From: Candidatus Dormibacteria bacterium
GTDB taxonomy: Bacteria > Chloroflexota > Dormibacteria > Aeolococcales > Aeolococcaceae
Length of the DNA: 35,278 nucleotides
Direction: 5' to 3'
Assembly (NCBI GenBank): GCA_046263035.1
Contig: JBHELP010000203.1
Span: 1 to 35,278 of the forward strand
Below the pieces are notes generated by a model, which saw only the letters and a program-made list of their open reading frames with translations, was not told the origin of the DNA and did not search any database. Below are positions 21,264 to 29,907 of this stretch, piece by piece. The position numbers and the translations under genes were made by a program. Position 1 is the first letter of the stretch. Every line of letters begins with the position of its first letter.

Positions 21264-23484
21264 CCTCGAACGGCTCGCCGCGCCGCTGGGCGCCGAATGC
21301 GACCCGAGGGACACCCTCAACGATGTTCTTGGCGCGATGATCGCCCAGCATCCGCTTCCGCTTCTGGTGGTTGGCGATGAGGGGGTCTCCGGAACCATCA
21401 GCCTCGATGCGATCGTGAAGGTGTTCGGCTCCGACCTTGACGCGGTCACCGTGGGTGAGCTGATGCGGCCCGCGCCCAGCCGGGACGCCGGTATCAGCGT
21501 CGACACCGCGGTCACCGCCATGCGCGAGGCGGGGGGGGACACCATGATTGTCACCGAGATCGAGGGAGGCCTGTTCTCGAAGAAGACCCGACCGATCGGG
21601 CTTGTGGGCACGGCCCAGGTGCTCGCCGCCATCGGCAAGAACGTGGTCGACAAGGCGCCCATGAAAATCCTGGCCGGCCACCGCGACTTGGGATTCAACG
21701 TTCCGGTGAGTCCCTGCCAGCGCAACTGTCCCATCAAGCAGGACATCGCCACGTACGTCGATTACGTCAGCCAGGGGCGTTATGTCGATTCCTGGTCGGT
21801 CATCCATGAGACAAACCCCTTCCCGAGCATGCTCGGACGGCTCTGCAACCATCCGTGCGAGACCGACTGCAAGCGGGGCTGGGACCCCAGCGAGGACCCG
21901 GTGACGATCCGGTCGCTGAAGCGGTTCTCCACGGACTTCGCCTTTAAACAGGGGCTGTGGATCGACTACAAGATCGCCGAGAAGAAGGGCCGGCGCGTCG
22001 CCGTGGTGGGGGCGGGTCCCGCGGGGCTGACCGCGGCGCTCGACCTCCAGGTGCAGGGGTACGACGTCACACTCCTCGAACGGGAGGCCAAGGTGGGTGG
22101 CCTGCTCACCACCAGCATCCCGCCGTTCCGGTTCGACCACCACCAGCTCAAGTGGGAGCTGGACATGATCCTGGCCACCGGGATCGAGGTGCGCTGCAAC
22201 AGCAACGTCGGCGAGGGGCCGGACGATGTCAAGCTCGCCGATCTCCTCGAGGAGTTCGACGCTGTGTTCGTCAGCGTGGGCATGATGAAGGGGCGCATCC
22301 TTCCCATCCCAGGGTCGGATCTGCCTCAGGTGACCGACGCCATGACCTTTTTGCGGGTGGTCTCCTACGACACCATCCCGGAGCACTTCCCCGTCCGGGG
22401 ACGGGTGGTCGTCGTGGGTGGCGGAGCCGTCGCCACCGACGCCTGCCAGACGTCGATCAAGATGGGCGCCGCCGACGCCTGGATGTGCGCCATCGAGCCC
22501 GAGGACAAGCTTCCTGCCTTTGGCAATGAGCTTCACGAGGCCAAGGAGATTGGCCTGCACATCGAGTGCGGGATCATCGTCAAGGAGATCCATGCCGATG
22601 CCAGTGGCAATGTCAGCGCCGTGTCCTTCGCGCCCCTGCAGGAATTGGAATTCGATCCCCTGACCGGCAAGCTGATCTTTTCCTCGGTCAAGGAGGCCGA
22701 GGGTGCGGAGCGCCGCCGCATCGAGTGCGACTATGTGATCTTCGCCTCAGGTCAGATCATGGAGAGCCCCGACGAGATGATGCCGCTCACGCCGCGCAAG
22801 CTCATCGCCGCCGATCGCGGTGGTCACACGGGTGTGGGAAAGCTCTTTGCCGGCGGCGATTGCGTGCAGGGCCCGTCGTTCATCGTGGACGCCGTGGGAT
22901 GGGGCCATCGTGTCGCCCGCTCCATCCGTGAGTATCTGGGCGAGGACATGGAGCGTGCCGGCAACCGGCTCTACCAGACGGTCGTCGAGAGGACGGATGA
23001 TCATCGCCAGTCGGAGGTGTTCGTTCGCACCGAGCCCGCCATCCTCCAGGCGGAGAAGCGTTACGACATGTCGGAGTGCGAACTGCCCTGGAGCGATCGC
23101 GAGGCGATCGTTCAGGCCATCCGCTGCTTCCAGTGCGACTCCGTGCACCACTATGACGAGACGGTGTGCGTGCTCTGTGGTGCCTGCGACGACGTCTGCC
23201 CTGAGAAGGCCATCGACGTCGTGGTATTCGGCGAGGATCGCGAGCGGGCCTCGGGCGGGGAGACCCTCGTCTGTGACACCACTGTGGGCGATCCCGTCGC
23301 GGGTGGCGTTGGCGGTGAGATCTACATCAACTACGACCGCTGCACCAACTGCAGGATTTGCGAGGACCATTGCCCGGTGAACTGCATAACCTTCGAGCGG
23401 GTTCGATTCGTGGATGACGCGATGCGCGTTGTCGAGAAGCCGCGGGTGAGCATGGAGCTCCCGGTCGTCGCCTCCGTTCACTGA
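21256..23484 (+). CDS. fusion of a CBS pair, a GltD-like FAD/NAD(P)H oxidoreductase and a 2x[4Fe-4S] ferredoxin
   Basis: The N-terminal CBS pair covers aa ~1-135. The GltD-like core has CQRNCPIKQDI, RLCNHPCETDC, VAVVGAGPAGLTAA, VVVVGGGAVA and FAGGDC. The C-terminus has CVLCGACDDVCP and CTNCRICEDHCP. It overlaps the upstream gene by 8 nt. Confidence 0.85.
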   Translation: MADLERLAAPLGAECDPRDTLNDVLGAMIAQHPLPLLVVGDEGVSGTISLDAIVKVFGSDLDAVTVGELMRPAPSRDAGISVDTAVTAMREAGGDTMIVTEIEGGLFSKKTRPIGLVGTAQVLAAIGKNVVDKAPMKILAGHRDLGFNVPVSPCQRNCPIKQDIATYVDYVSQGRYVDSWSVIHETNPFPSMLGRLCNHPCETDCKRGWDPSEDPVTIRSLKRFSTDFAFKQGLWIDYKIAEKKGRRVAVVGAGPAGLTAALDLQVQGYDVTLLEREAKVGGLLTTSIPPFRFDHHQLKWELDMILATGIEVRCNSNVGEGPDDVKLADLLEEFDAVFVSVGMMKGRILPIPGSDLPQVTDAMTFLRVVSYDTIPEHFPVRGRVVVVGGGAVATDACQTSIKMGAADAWMCAIEPEDKLPAFGNELHEAKEIGLHIECGIIVKEIHADASGNVSAVSFAPLQELEFDPLTGKLIFSSVKEAEGAERRRIECDYVIFASGQIMESPDEMMPLTPRKLIAADRGGHTGVGKLFAGGDCVQGPSFIVDAVGWGHRVARSIREYLGEDMERAGNRLYQTVVERTDDHRQSEVFVRTEPAILQAEKRYDMSECELPWSDREAIVQAIRCFQCDSVHHYDETVCVLCGACDDVCPEKAIDVVVFGEDRERASGGETLVCDTTVGDPVAGGVGGEIYINYDRCTNCRICEDHCPVNCITFERVRFVDDAMRVVEKPRVSMELPVVASVH

Positions 23485-23515
23485 GGTGCCCATGGCGCCG
23501 CCCTGAGGGTCGCTG

Positions 23516-23974
23516 ATGCCCGTCCCTGACCTGGCGCTCATGCGCCATGCCCTGAGACTTGCGCGTTCCGGCGCCCGGCGCGGTGAGGTGCCGGTCGGCG
23601 CGCTGGCGGTTCGCCAGGGCACGGTGATTGCGGCGGCTTCCAACCGTGTGGAGAGGAGCGGCGACGCCACCGCCCATGCCGAGATGCTGGTGCTGCGGCG
23701 GGCGGCGCACGTGATCGGCGACTGGAGGCTGAGTGGGGTCACCCTGGTGGCCACCCTGGAACCCTGCCCGATGTGCGCCGGTGCCATCATCGCGGCCCGG
23801 GTGGATCGATGCCTGTACGGTGCCCGCGACACCCGCAAGGGGGCTGACGGAAGTGCCTACGACGTCCTGCGTCGCCCGGCCGGTGACCACCGGGTCATGG
23901 TTGCGGAGGGCGTTCTCGGGCCTGAGTGCGGAGCCTTGCTGAGCGACTTCTTCCGGAGCCTACGGCGCCGGTGA
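23516..23974 (+). CDS. tadA: tRNA-specific adenosine deaminase
   Basis: It has the CDA-fold zinc motifs HAEM and PCPMCAGA, is ~150 aa as expected, and has GAGGG about 7 nt upstream of the ATG. Confidence 0.9.
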   Translation: MPVPDLALMRHALRLARSGARRGEVPVGALAVRQGTVIAAASNRVERSGDATAHAEMLVLRRAAHVIGDWRLSGVTLVATLEPCPMCAGAIIAARVDRCLYGARDTRKGADGSAYDVLRRPAGDHRVMVAEGVLGPECGALLSDFFRSLRRR

Positions 23975-24066
23975 GCAGCTCTGGAGCTCAAGGCTCTGGA
24001 ACGCGGAGTTTCATCCGCCGGCCGCTCGGGAGCAGCTTGCTCCTCAACGAGGCTGCTGGTCACCCA

Positions 24067-26010
24067 TTAGGACGCTGAAGGGGCGGCAGCCGCGCGGCCG
24101 CCGGCGAGGATCACCCCATCCTCACAGCGGGCCTCAACCTGGCCGCCCTGGAACTGTTCCTGGTACAGCCGCGAATACAGGCCACCTTGTTCGAGCAGCT
24201 CGCCGTGGGTCCCGCGCTCGACCAGCCGGCCCCGATCGATGACGAAGATGACATCCGCGGCGAGGATGGTGGAGAGGCGATGGGCGATGGCGATAGTCGT
24301 CCTTCCCGCCATGAGCGGCCGCAACGCGGCCTGGACGAGCCGCTCGTTGGCGGTGTCCAGAGCGGAGGTGGCCTCATCGAGGATGAGCACCCTGGGCGCC
24401 TTGAGGACCAGTCTGGCTATGGCCAGGCGCTGCTTCTCGCCACCAGACATCCGGTAACCACGCTCACCCACCACACTGTCGTAGCCGTTGGGGAGCTCAG
24501 CGATCCGCTCATGGATGAATGCGGCGCGGGCGGCTGCCTCGAGCTCGTCGTGGGTGGCGTCGGGCTTGGCATAGAGGAGGTTCCGGCGCACCGATGCGTT
24601 GAACAGGTACGTCTCCTGGGTAACCATCCCCACAGCATCGGAGAGGGAATCCAGAGTGAGCTCCCTCACGTCCACGCCGTCCAGCTCCACGGCGCCGACG
24701 CTGACGTCGTACAGGCGGGGGATGAGATAGGAGATGGTCGTCTTGCCTGCGCCGCTGGGGCCCACGATGGCCGCCAGCCGGCCGGGAAGCACGGTGAAAT
24801 CCACGTCTTCGAGAGCCCACGCCCGCGCCCCGTCATTGTCGGGCGTGGCCTGGGCGGCCTCATCGGTGCCGTACCGGAAGTACACATGGTTGAAGCGGAC
24901 CCTGCCGCCCTGGGAGGTGCGCGGCAGAGTCACCGCCGCCGCTGACTCCGTGATGTCTCGGGGCAGCTTCAGGTAGTCGAAGATTCGCTCGAAGAGTGCC
25001 ATCGACGACTGGATCTCCACTGACATGTCGAGGATGCGCCCGAAGGGAAAGAACATCCTGGTCTGGAGGGTGGTGAATGCAACGATCGTCCCGGCGCTCA
25101 GGTGGGTGTCGAGCCTTCCCGCCAACGCCACTCCCGCTGCCAGATAGACGAAGGCGGGGGAGACGGCGAAGAGGCCGTGGATGATTGCGCCCACTCCCCG
25201 CCCGATCATCTCGCGGCGGATTGCCAGACGAGCCAGCCGCTCGTTCTCCTCCTGGAAGCGGCGCATCTCGTCGCGCTGCCGGCCGAAGACCTTGGCGAGG
25301 AGCACCCCCGACACGGAGAGCGTCTCCTCGGTGATCGCCGTCACCTCGGCGCGTGATTCCTGCGTTCTGGTGGTGATGGTTCGGCGCGCCTTGCCGGCCC
25401 GGTAGGTGAAATACATGAAGAGGGGAACGAGTCCCAGGGTGAGCACGGTGAGCTGCCAGGAGATGATCACCATGGCGATCACGGTGCTGATCACGGTGAC
25501 CAGGTTGGAGAAGATGCTCGAGGCGGTGTCCGTCACCACCTGCTGAACCCCGGCGACGTCGTTGGTGAGGCGGGACTGTATGTCGCCCGTCCGGGTGTCG
25601 GTGAAGAAGCGCAGCGACATGCTCTGCAGATGGCTGTACAGGCTGTTGCGGAGGTCCTGCATCACCCGTTGGCCCACCCTCGTGGCCAGGTAGGTCTGGG
25701 CGATGTCGATGATCCCGCTGACGATGGGGATGGCCACCATGACGGCCACGAGCGGATAGAGGAGGCTCAGCTTGGGGCAGCCGGCTCGGCAGAACAGGGC
25801 CTGGTCGAAGACCACCTTGATGAGCACCGGGCTGGCGATGCCCAGGGCGGTGGTGACCAGGATGGCGACCATGACCAGGACCACCTCACGCCTATAGGGG
25901 CGGAAGAGGGCGCTGATCTGGCGGACGAGCACGCCTGTCGGGATCCTCCCGCTGGGCTTCTGGGGCGGCCCGGACTCACCACTGCCGAACCTGCTCCAGC
26001 GCATTCCCAT
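24067..26010 (-). CDS. ABC exporter, fused permease/ATPase (MsbA-like, type I exporter)
   Basis: It has a six-helix TMD followed by Walker A GPSGAGKTT, signature MSGGEKQR and Walker B LILDEATSALD. I prefer ATG 26010 (MGMRWSRF), although the ORF is open to 26235. Confidence 0.88.
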   Translation of the reverse strand: MGMRWSRFGSGESGPPQKPSGRIPTGVLVRQISALFRPYRREVVLVMVAILVTTALGIASPVLIKVVFDQALFCRAGCPKLSLLYPLVAVMVAIPIVSGIIDIAQTYLATRVGQRVMQDLRNSLYSHLQSMSLRFFTDTRTGDIQSRLTNDVAGVQQVVTDTASSIFSNLVTVISTVIAMVIISWQLTVLTLGLVPLFMYFTYRAGKARRTITTRTQESRAEVTAITEETLSVSGVLLAKVFGRQRDEMRRFQEENERLARLAIRREMIGRGVGAIIHGLFAVSPAFVYLAAGVALAGRLDTHLSAGTIVAFTTLQTRMFFPFGRILDMSVEIQSSMALFERIFDYLKLPRDITESAAAVTLPRTSQGGRVRFNHVYFRYGTDEAAQATPDNDGARAWALEDVDFTVLPGRLAAIVGPSGAGKTTISYLIPRLYDVSVGAVELDGVDVRELTLDSLSDAVGMVTQETYLFNASVRRNLLYAKPDATHDELEAAARAAFIHERIAELPNGYDSVVGERGYRMSGGEKQRLAIARLVLKAPRVLILDEATSALDTANERLVQAALRPLMAGRTTIAIAHRLSTILAADVIFVIDRGRLVERGTHGELLEQGGLYSRLYQEQFQGGQVEARCEDGVILAGGRAAAAPSAS

Positions 26011-26073
26011 CCGTCCACCGTATCGAAAACCCGGACGCCGCTGTCCGCGCCGATTCCCGCGTCGAGGAGGTGA

Positions 26074-26118
26074 CCGGCTCCCATGGGAGCCGGGGACCGT
26101 TGCCACGGGAGCGCTCCC
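26074..26118. promoter_or_regulatory. cluster of perfect palindromes built from GGGAGC half-sites
   Basis: CCGGCTCCCATGGGAGCCGG (26074-26093) is a perfect 20-nt palindrome and GGGAGCGCTCCC (26107-26118) is a perfect 12-nt one. Both lie in the divergent ABC / M50 intergenic region. Confidence 0.5.
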
Positions 26119-26220
26119 AGGGGCCCTTCCCGCGAGCCGGGACCGGTTCCGCAGGGCATCGTGTCCCCAGCCGGTGCGAAGATGGTTGGCCAACCCGCAG
26201 TCGGGGAGATACTGATCACC

Positions 26221-27198
26221 ATGGACGACAAACAATCGGCTCCACCTCCCCCTCCACCTCCACCTCCGTCACCGACCTACGCTCTGCAACCGGCCACCGC
26301 TCATGCGACCGCGTATGGCTGGCAGCCCGGGTCGCCGCAGCTGCCGGCGCCATCTTCGCCGGCGTCGAGGGGAGGGGCCGGGCGGAGGTCCCGTGGCATC
26401 ACCGGCGCCGCCGCCGGAATTGGGCTGGCCGTCTTGAAGTACGGGTTCATCGTGCTCAAATTGCTGAAGTTCGGCACCCTGATCTCCTTCGCGCTCTCCT
26501 TCCTGTTCCTGGCGCAGGTCTTCGGCTGGCAATTCGGCCTGGGGTTGCTGCTCCTTATCGCCGTCCACGAATTCGGTCATGTTCTATTCGCCAAATGGGA
26601 GGGGCTACCGGTGAGCGCCCCGATATTTTTGGGGCCGCTGGGCGCGCTGATCACCATGAAGCGGCCACCCGCCGACCGTCGTCAGGAGGCGGTGGTTGCC
26701 ATAGGCGGCCCGGTGATCGGCACTGCGGGAGCGCTTGCCTGCTTCGGCGCCTCGCAGCTGATGAGCGGGCAGGTGTCGTATCTGCTCATCGGCCTCGCCT
26801 ATTTCGGCTCTTTCCTCAACCTGTTCAACCTGATACCCCTCAGCCCGCTGGACGGCGGCCGCGTGGCGGGCGCTCTCTCCAAGTGGGCCAACGTCGCCGG
26901 GCTGGCGATCTTCAGCGCCCTCATCGTCGGTTCATTGGGATCGCACCGCCTGTTCAATCCACTGTTGCTGATAATTCTGCTCGTCGGTGGCTACGGCACC
27001 ATCAAGCGCTTTCAGCGTGACCGTCGCGGTGAAGAGCCTCCGCCGCTACCCGCCCGGACGCGTCGCTGGATCGCCGTCGCCTACGTGGCCATGCTCGCGA
27101 TCACGTCTCTGGGTATGAGCGTCGCTCACAACGCGCTGGTGGACGGAAACTACGTGCCCGCGCCCTCCAGCAGCACGGTCGACTCGGGCGATCTGTAA
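26221..27198 (+). CDS. M50 site-2 protease family zinc metalloprotease
   Basis: It has HEFGH inside a TM helix and the downstream NLFNLIPLSPLDGG motif, in a multi-pass membrane protein. The N-terminus carries a run of 9 Pro. I prefer ATG 26221; ATG 26182 is possible. Confidence 0.82.
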   Translation: MDDKQSAPPPPPPPPPSPTYALQPATAHATAYGWQPGSPQLPAPSSPASRGGAGRRSRGITGAAAGIGLAVLKYGFIVLKLLKFGTLISFALSFLFLAQVFGWQFGLGLLLLIAVHEFGHVLFAKWEGLPVSAPIFLGPLGALITMKRPPADRRQEAVVAIGGPVIGTAGALACFGASQLMSGQVSYLLIGLAYFGSFLNLFNLIPLSPLDGGRVAGALSKWANVAGLAIFSALIVGSLGSHRLFNPLLLIILLVGGYGTIKRFQRDRRGEEPPPLPARTRRWIAVAYVAMLAITSLGMSVAHNALVDGNYVPAPSSSTVDSGDL

Positions 27199-27321
27199 CG
27201 GTCTTCCCCCGGGCGCGCTGGGACTCCGATCGTGATCGCTCGCAGCTGGGTGCGAGCGGTGAGTCTCATGTAGGCTATAGGCTCATGGCCGTCTTGGCCG
27301 TCCACATCCGCGGGCGAGGAG

Positions 27322-27696
27322 TCACGCGTTCTGCATGGGCTGCATGTTCTTCATGATCGTCTCCGAGACCACGCGGAGCTCCTCTTTGGGGCTGAACTGA
27401 ACGTATTCGCAGCCGGCTGAGGCCACCGGGCTATGACCGGGGGGGACGTAGAACGCGTCCCCTGGCTCGAACACCTCCTCGTGGTCCGCGAAGCGAAACG
27501 TCATCGTTCCCTTGAACACGTAGCCCCAATGGGGGCACTGACAGCGATCATCCGGTAGCCCGCGGAATAGAGGGGCGTGATCCATCTCCTGGCGAAACGT
27601 GACGAAGTTGATGGTGTAGCCGTCGGCGTCTCCACTCCAATCCTCCACAGGGCCGTGGTCAGCGCCCTGCACGCTCTGTTTCGATACCCTGGGCAT
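27322..27696 (-). CDS. cupin domain protein
   Basis: It is 124 aa with a beta-barrel-like cupin signature (CPHWGYVFKGTMTF...GDAFYVPPGH). A strong GGGAGGA lies 7 nt upstream of the ATG. Confidence 0.7.
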   Translation of the reverse strand: MPRVSKQSVQGADHGPVEDWSGDADGYTINFVTFRQEMDHAPLFRGLPDDRCQCPHWGYVFKGTMTFRFADHEEVFEPGDAFYVPPGHSPVASAGCEYVQFSPKEELRVVSETIMKNMQPMQNA

Positions 27697-27728
27697 AGCT
27701 GGTCCTCCCTGCTACCGATACTGGCCGC

Positions 27729-27758
27729 AGGCTACGTCGAAGGGCACTCTGCAGTCAA
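27729..27758 (-). promoter_or_regulatory. candidate promoter for the cupin gene
   Basis: The minus strand reads TTGACT (27758-27753), an 18-nt spacer, then TAGCCT (27734-27729). Confidence 0.35.
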
Positions 27759-27975
27759 GGAGGGTTGGCGGCACCTTCGAGCGCACCGGCCTGCACTCAA
27801 GCGTGTCACATGGCACCGCACCGAGTGCGCCGGCGGCTGCCGTGGTGGCGTGCGCGGTGGCCCGACGATCGGAGCGCCAGTTGTAACCGCCAGTTCGAAT
27901 GGGTCAGCGGCACGCGCTATCGCCGATCCTGGACCAAGCGGGCCACCCGAAAGTCGGCGGTGTGGCGGCTCCCTG

Positions 27976-29394
27976 TCAGGGACGATCAATCCGCCGGCCT
28001 ACGGTCTCGGTGACTGCCGGCGTCGCGGCGAGAGTGCGACGCTGCGAGCGACCATGGGCGGTCGTGCCCGTGGCCCTGTACCAATCTGCTCGGGTCAGTG
28101 GAAGCTCGCTTCGACCGTCCGAGTCGGGCCGAACCACCAGGGATTGATGGATGGAGACCGACCCAGCACCGAAGGCCAGCTGTGACCCGCTCATGTACAG
28201 CCGCCAGATCCGGGCGCGCTCGGGACCGGCGATGCGGACAGCCTCTTCCCAATTGCGCTCCAGTCGCTCGACCCACATCCTCAGGGTTCGCGCGTAGTGC
28301 TCGCGGAGGCTCTCAACGTCTCGGAGCTCGAGTCCCGCGAGTTCGAGTGAGGAGTCGACGAATCCGATATCCTCAAGCTCCCCGTCGGGAAAGACGAAGG
28401 CCTGGGTGAAGGATGCCCGGCTCCAGCGCAGCCGCGGAGAGAGCGTGATGCCGTGGATGAGTGCCCGCCCTCCCGGCCGCAGCAGCTCGTGAACTGAGCG
28501 GCCGAAATCCCGCATCTTCTCGCGTCCGACGTGCTCGATCATCCCGATGCTGGCGATGGCATCGAAGTGCTCGGCGATGGGATCGCGATAGTCGGCGATG
28601 CGGATCTCAACCTGGCCCGCCAAGCCCTCATCGACGACGCGCTGCATGGCGAACTCCGCCTGGGCGGCGCTGAGGGTGATCCCCACCACACGCACCCCAT
28701 GATTACGCGCAGCGTGCAGGGCGAGGCTGCCCCAGCCGCACCCGATGTCGAGGAGGCATTCGCCGGCGCGGAGGCGCAGCTTGCGACAGACGTACTCCAG
28801 CTTGGCCTCCTGTGCTTCATCGAGAGACATGTCGGGTTGTTCGAAGTAGGCACAAGAGTAGGTGAGGGTGTCATCAAGGAAGAGCCGGTAGAACGCGGGC
28901 GGAAGGTCGTAGTGGTGCGCGATTGCCTCGGCGTCCCGCTGTCGACTGTGGCGCCGGCCATGCAGCCGGGCCTCGACGGCTGCGACGGGAGCCCTCTCGG
29001 GTCGCACACCGAGCGCAAGTGCTGACCGGAGCAGGACCGGGGCCGCCGTGATCATCCGTCGGGGCACCATGGTCGAGAAGGTGGAGAGGAACGCACTGAG
29101 CGGTTCCACCTCGATGCTGCCGCTCGCGTAGGCGCGCCCGAAGCCACGTGTAGAGAGCGATCCGATGAGCTGATCGAGGCCCCGCCGGTCGCGGATGGTC
29201 AGGGTGAAGGTGGGCGATGCTGCGCCGTACCGACGCCCGTCCCAGAGCACCAGGGCCCAGTCGCGATCGCCGATGAGCCGAGCCACGGTGGCGTAGAAGC
29301 GCTCACCTGCCGCATCGGGGGAGAGGTTGGCCCGCCCAAGCAGACGCGGCACCACCGACCGCAGACCTCTGGCGGAATCAGTGGGTGTCTCCAT
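27976..29394 (-). CDS. cfa: cyclopropane-fatty-acyl-phospholipid synthase family SAM methyltransferase
   Basis: CMAS-family motifs are HYDLPPAFYRLFLD, TYSCAYF and LLDIGCGWGSLALHAA. Its start overlaps the marR 3' end by 17 nt. Confidence 0.85.
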   Translation of the reverse strand: METPTDSARGLRSVVPRLLGRANLSPDAAGERFYATVARLIGDRDWALVLWDGRRYGAASPTFTLTIRDRRGLDQLIGSLSTRGFGRAYASGSIEVEPLSAFLSTFSTMVPRRMITAAPVLLRSALALGVRPERAPVAAVEARLHGRRHSRQRDAEAIAHHYDLPPAFYRLFLDDTLTYSCAYFEQPDMSLDEAQEAKLEYVCRKLRLRAGECLLDIGCGWGSLALHAARNHGVRVVGITLSAAQAEFAMQRVVDEGLAGQVEIRIADYRDPIAEHFDAIASIGMIEHVGREKMRDFGRSVHELLRPGGRALIHGITLSPRLRWSRASFTQAFVFPDGELEDIGFVDSSLELAGLELRDVESLREHYARTLRMWVERLERNWEEAVRIAGPERARIWRLYMSGSQLAFGAGSVSIHQSLVVRPDSDGRSELPLTRADWYRATGTTAHGRSQRRTLAATPAVTETVGRRIDRP

Positions 29395-29881
29395 GCGTCA
29401 CCTCCTTGGGTAAGTTCGGCACCCCGTCGCTCGCGGCCTCAACCGATGTGACCAGTCGCTCGAGGAGCGGAAGCGCGGCTGCGAGCGCCTCTCGGTCCGA
29501 CCTTCCAAGGGATTCGAGCGCCTGGTCGATCAAGCGGGTTCCGTTCCGGCGCAGATCCTCGAGAACGGCGGCGCCTCTGACTGAGATGGCCACCCGACAG
29601 GCACGGGCATCGTGCGGATCAGCGGTCCGGTTGACCAGGCGACCGCTTGCCTCCAGCGAGTCGATGAGACGGGAGATGGTCGATACGGCGATCCCCTCTC
29701 GGGCCGCGAGTTCGCTCATGCGCATAGGCCCTCCTGACTGCAGGGTGACCAGGGCAGACACCTGGGTCTGGGTCAACTCACCAGTCGCAGTGCGGCGCAG
29801 CCGCCGGGCTAGACGGCCGACCGCCGTCCGGAGCCTGGCAGCGTCCTCGGCTCCGGCAGCTCCCGGCACTTTGCTTGCCAC
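29378..29881 (-). CDS. MarR family transcriptional regulator
   Basis: The winged HTH is LTQTQVSALVTLQSGGPMRMSELAAREGIAVSTISRLIDSLEASGRLVNRTADPHDAR. I prefer GTG 29881; the ORF runs to 30052 but that extension would overlap the MFS gene. Confidence 0.8.
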   Translation of the reverse strand: MASKVPGAAGAEDAARLRTAVGRLARRLRRTATGELTQTQVSALVTLQSGGPMRMSELAAREGIAVSTISRLIDSLEASGRLVNRTADPHDARACRVAISVRGAAVLEDLRRNGTRLIDQALESLGRSDREALAAALPLLERLVTSVEAASDGVPNLPKEVTHGDTH

Positions 29882-29887
29882 AAGGAA

Positions 29888-29907
29888 ACTATAATGGCCC
29901 AGGGCCA
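29888..29907. promoter_or_regulatory. back-to-back -10 elements plus palindromic operator candidate (marR / MFS)
   Basis: The plus strand has TATAAT (29890-29895) and the minus strand has TATAGT (29893-29888), which sits 6 nt before GTG 29881. The perfect palindrome TGGCCC-A-GGGCCA (29895-29907) abuts them. Confidence 0.5.

Noticed and set aside
20998-23838. Minus-strand ORFs 20998..22593 and 22747..23838
   Set aside because: They are antisense to the CBS genes, the CBS/GltD-like fusion and tadA. They have no motifs and the usual high-GC antisense composition.
23975-24066. tRNA gene or strong terminator downstream of tadA
   Set aside because: No cloverleaf can be drawn. Only short stems are present (GGAGCA-gct-TGCTCC, AGCAGC..GCTGCT) and they lack a U tract.
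26083-26220. Upstream extension of the M50 ORF
   Set aside because: The extension is Gly/Pro/Arg-rich and runs through the palindrome cluster. The membrane protein proper is preceded by ATG 26221.
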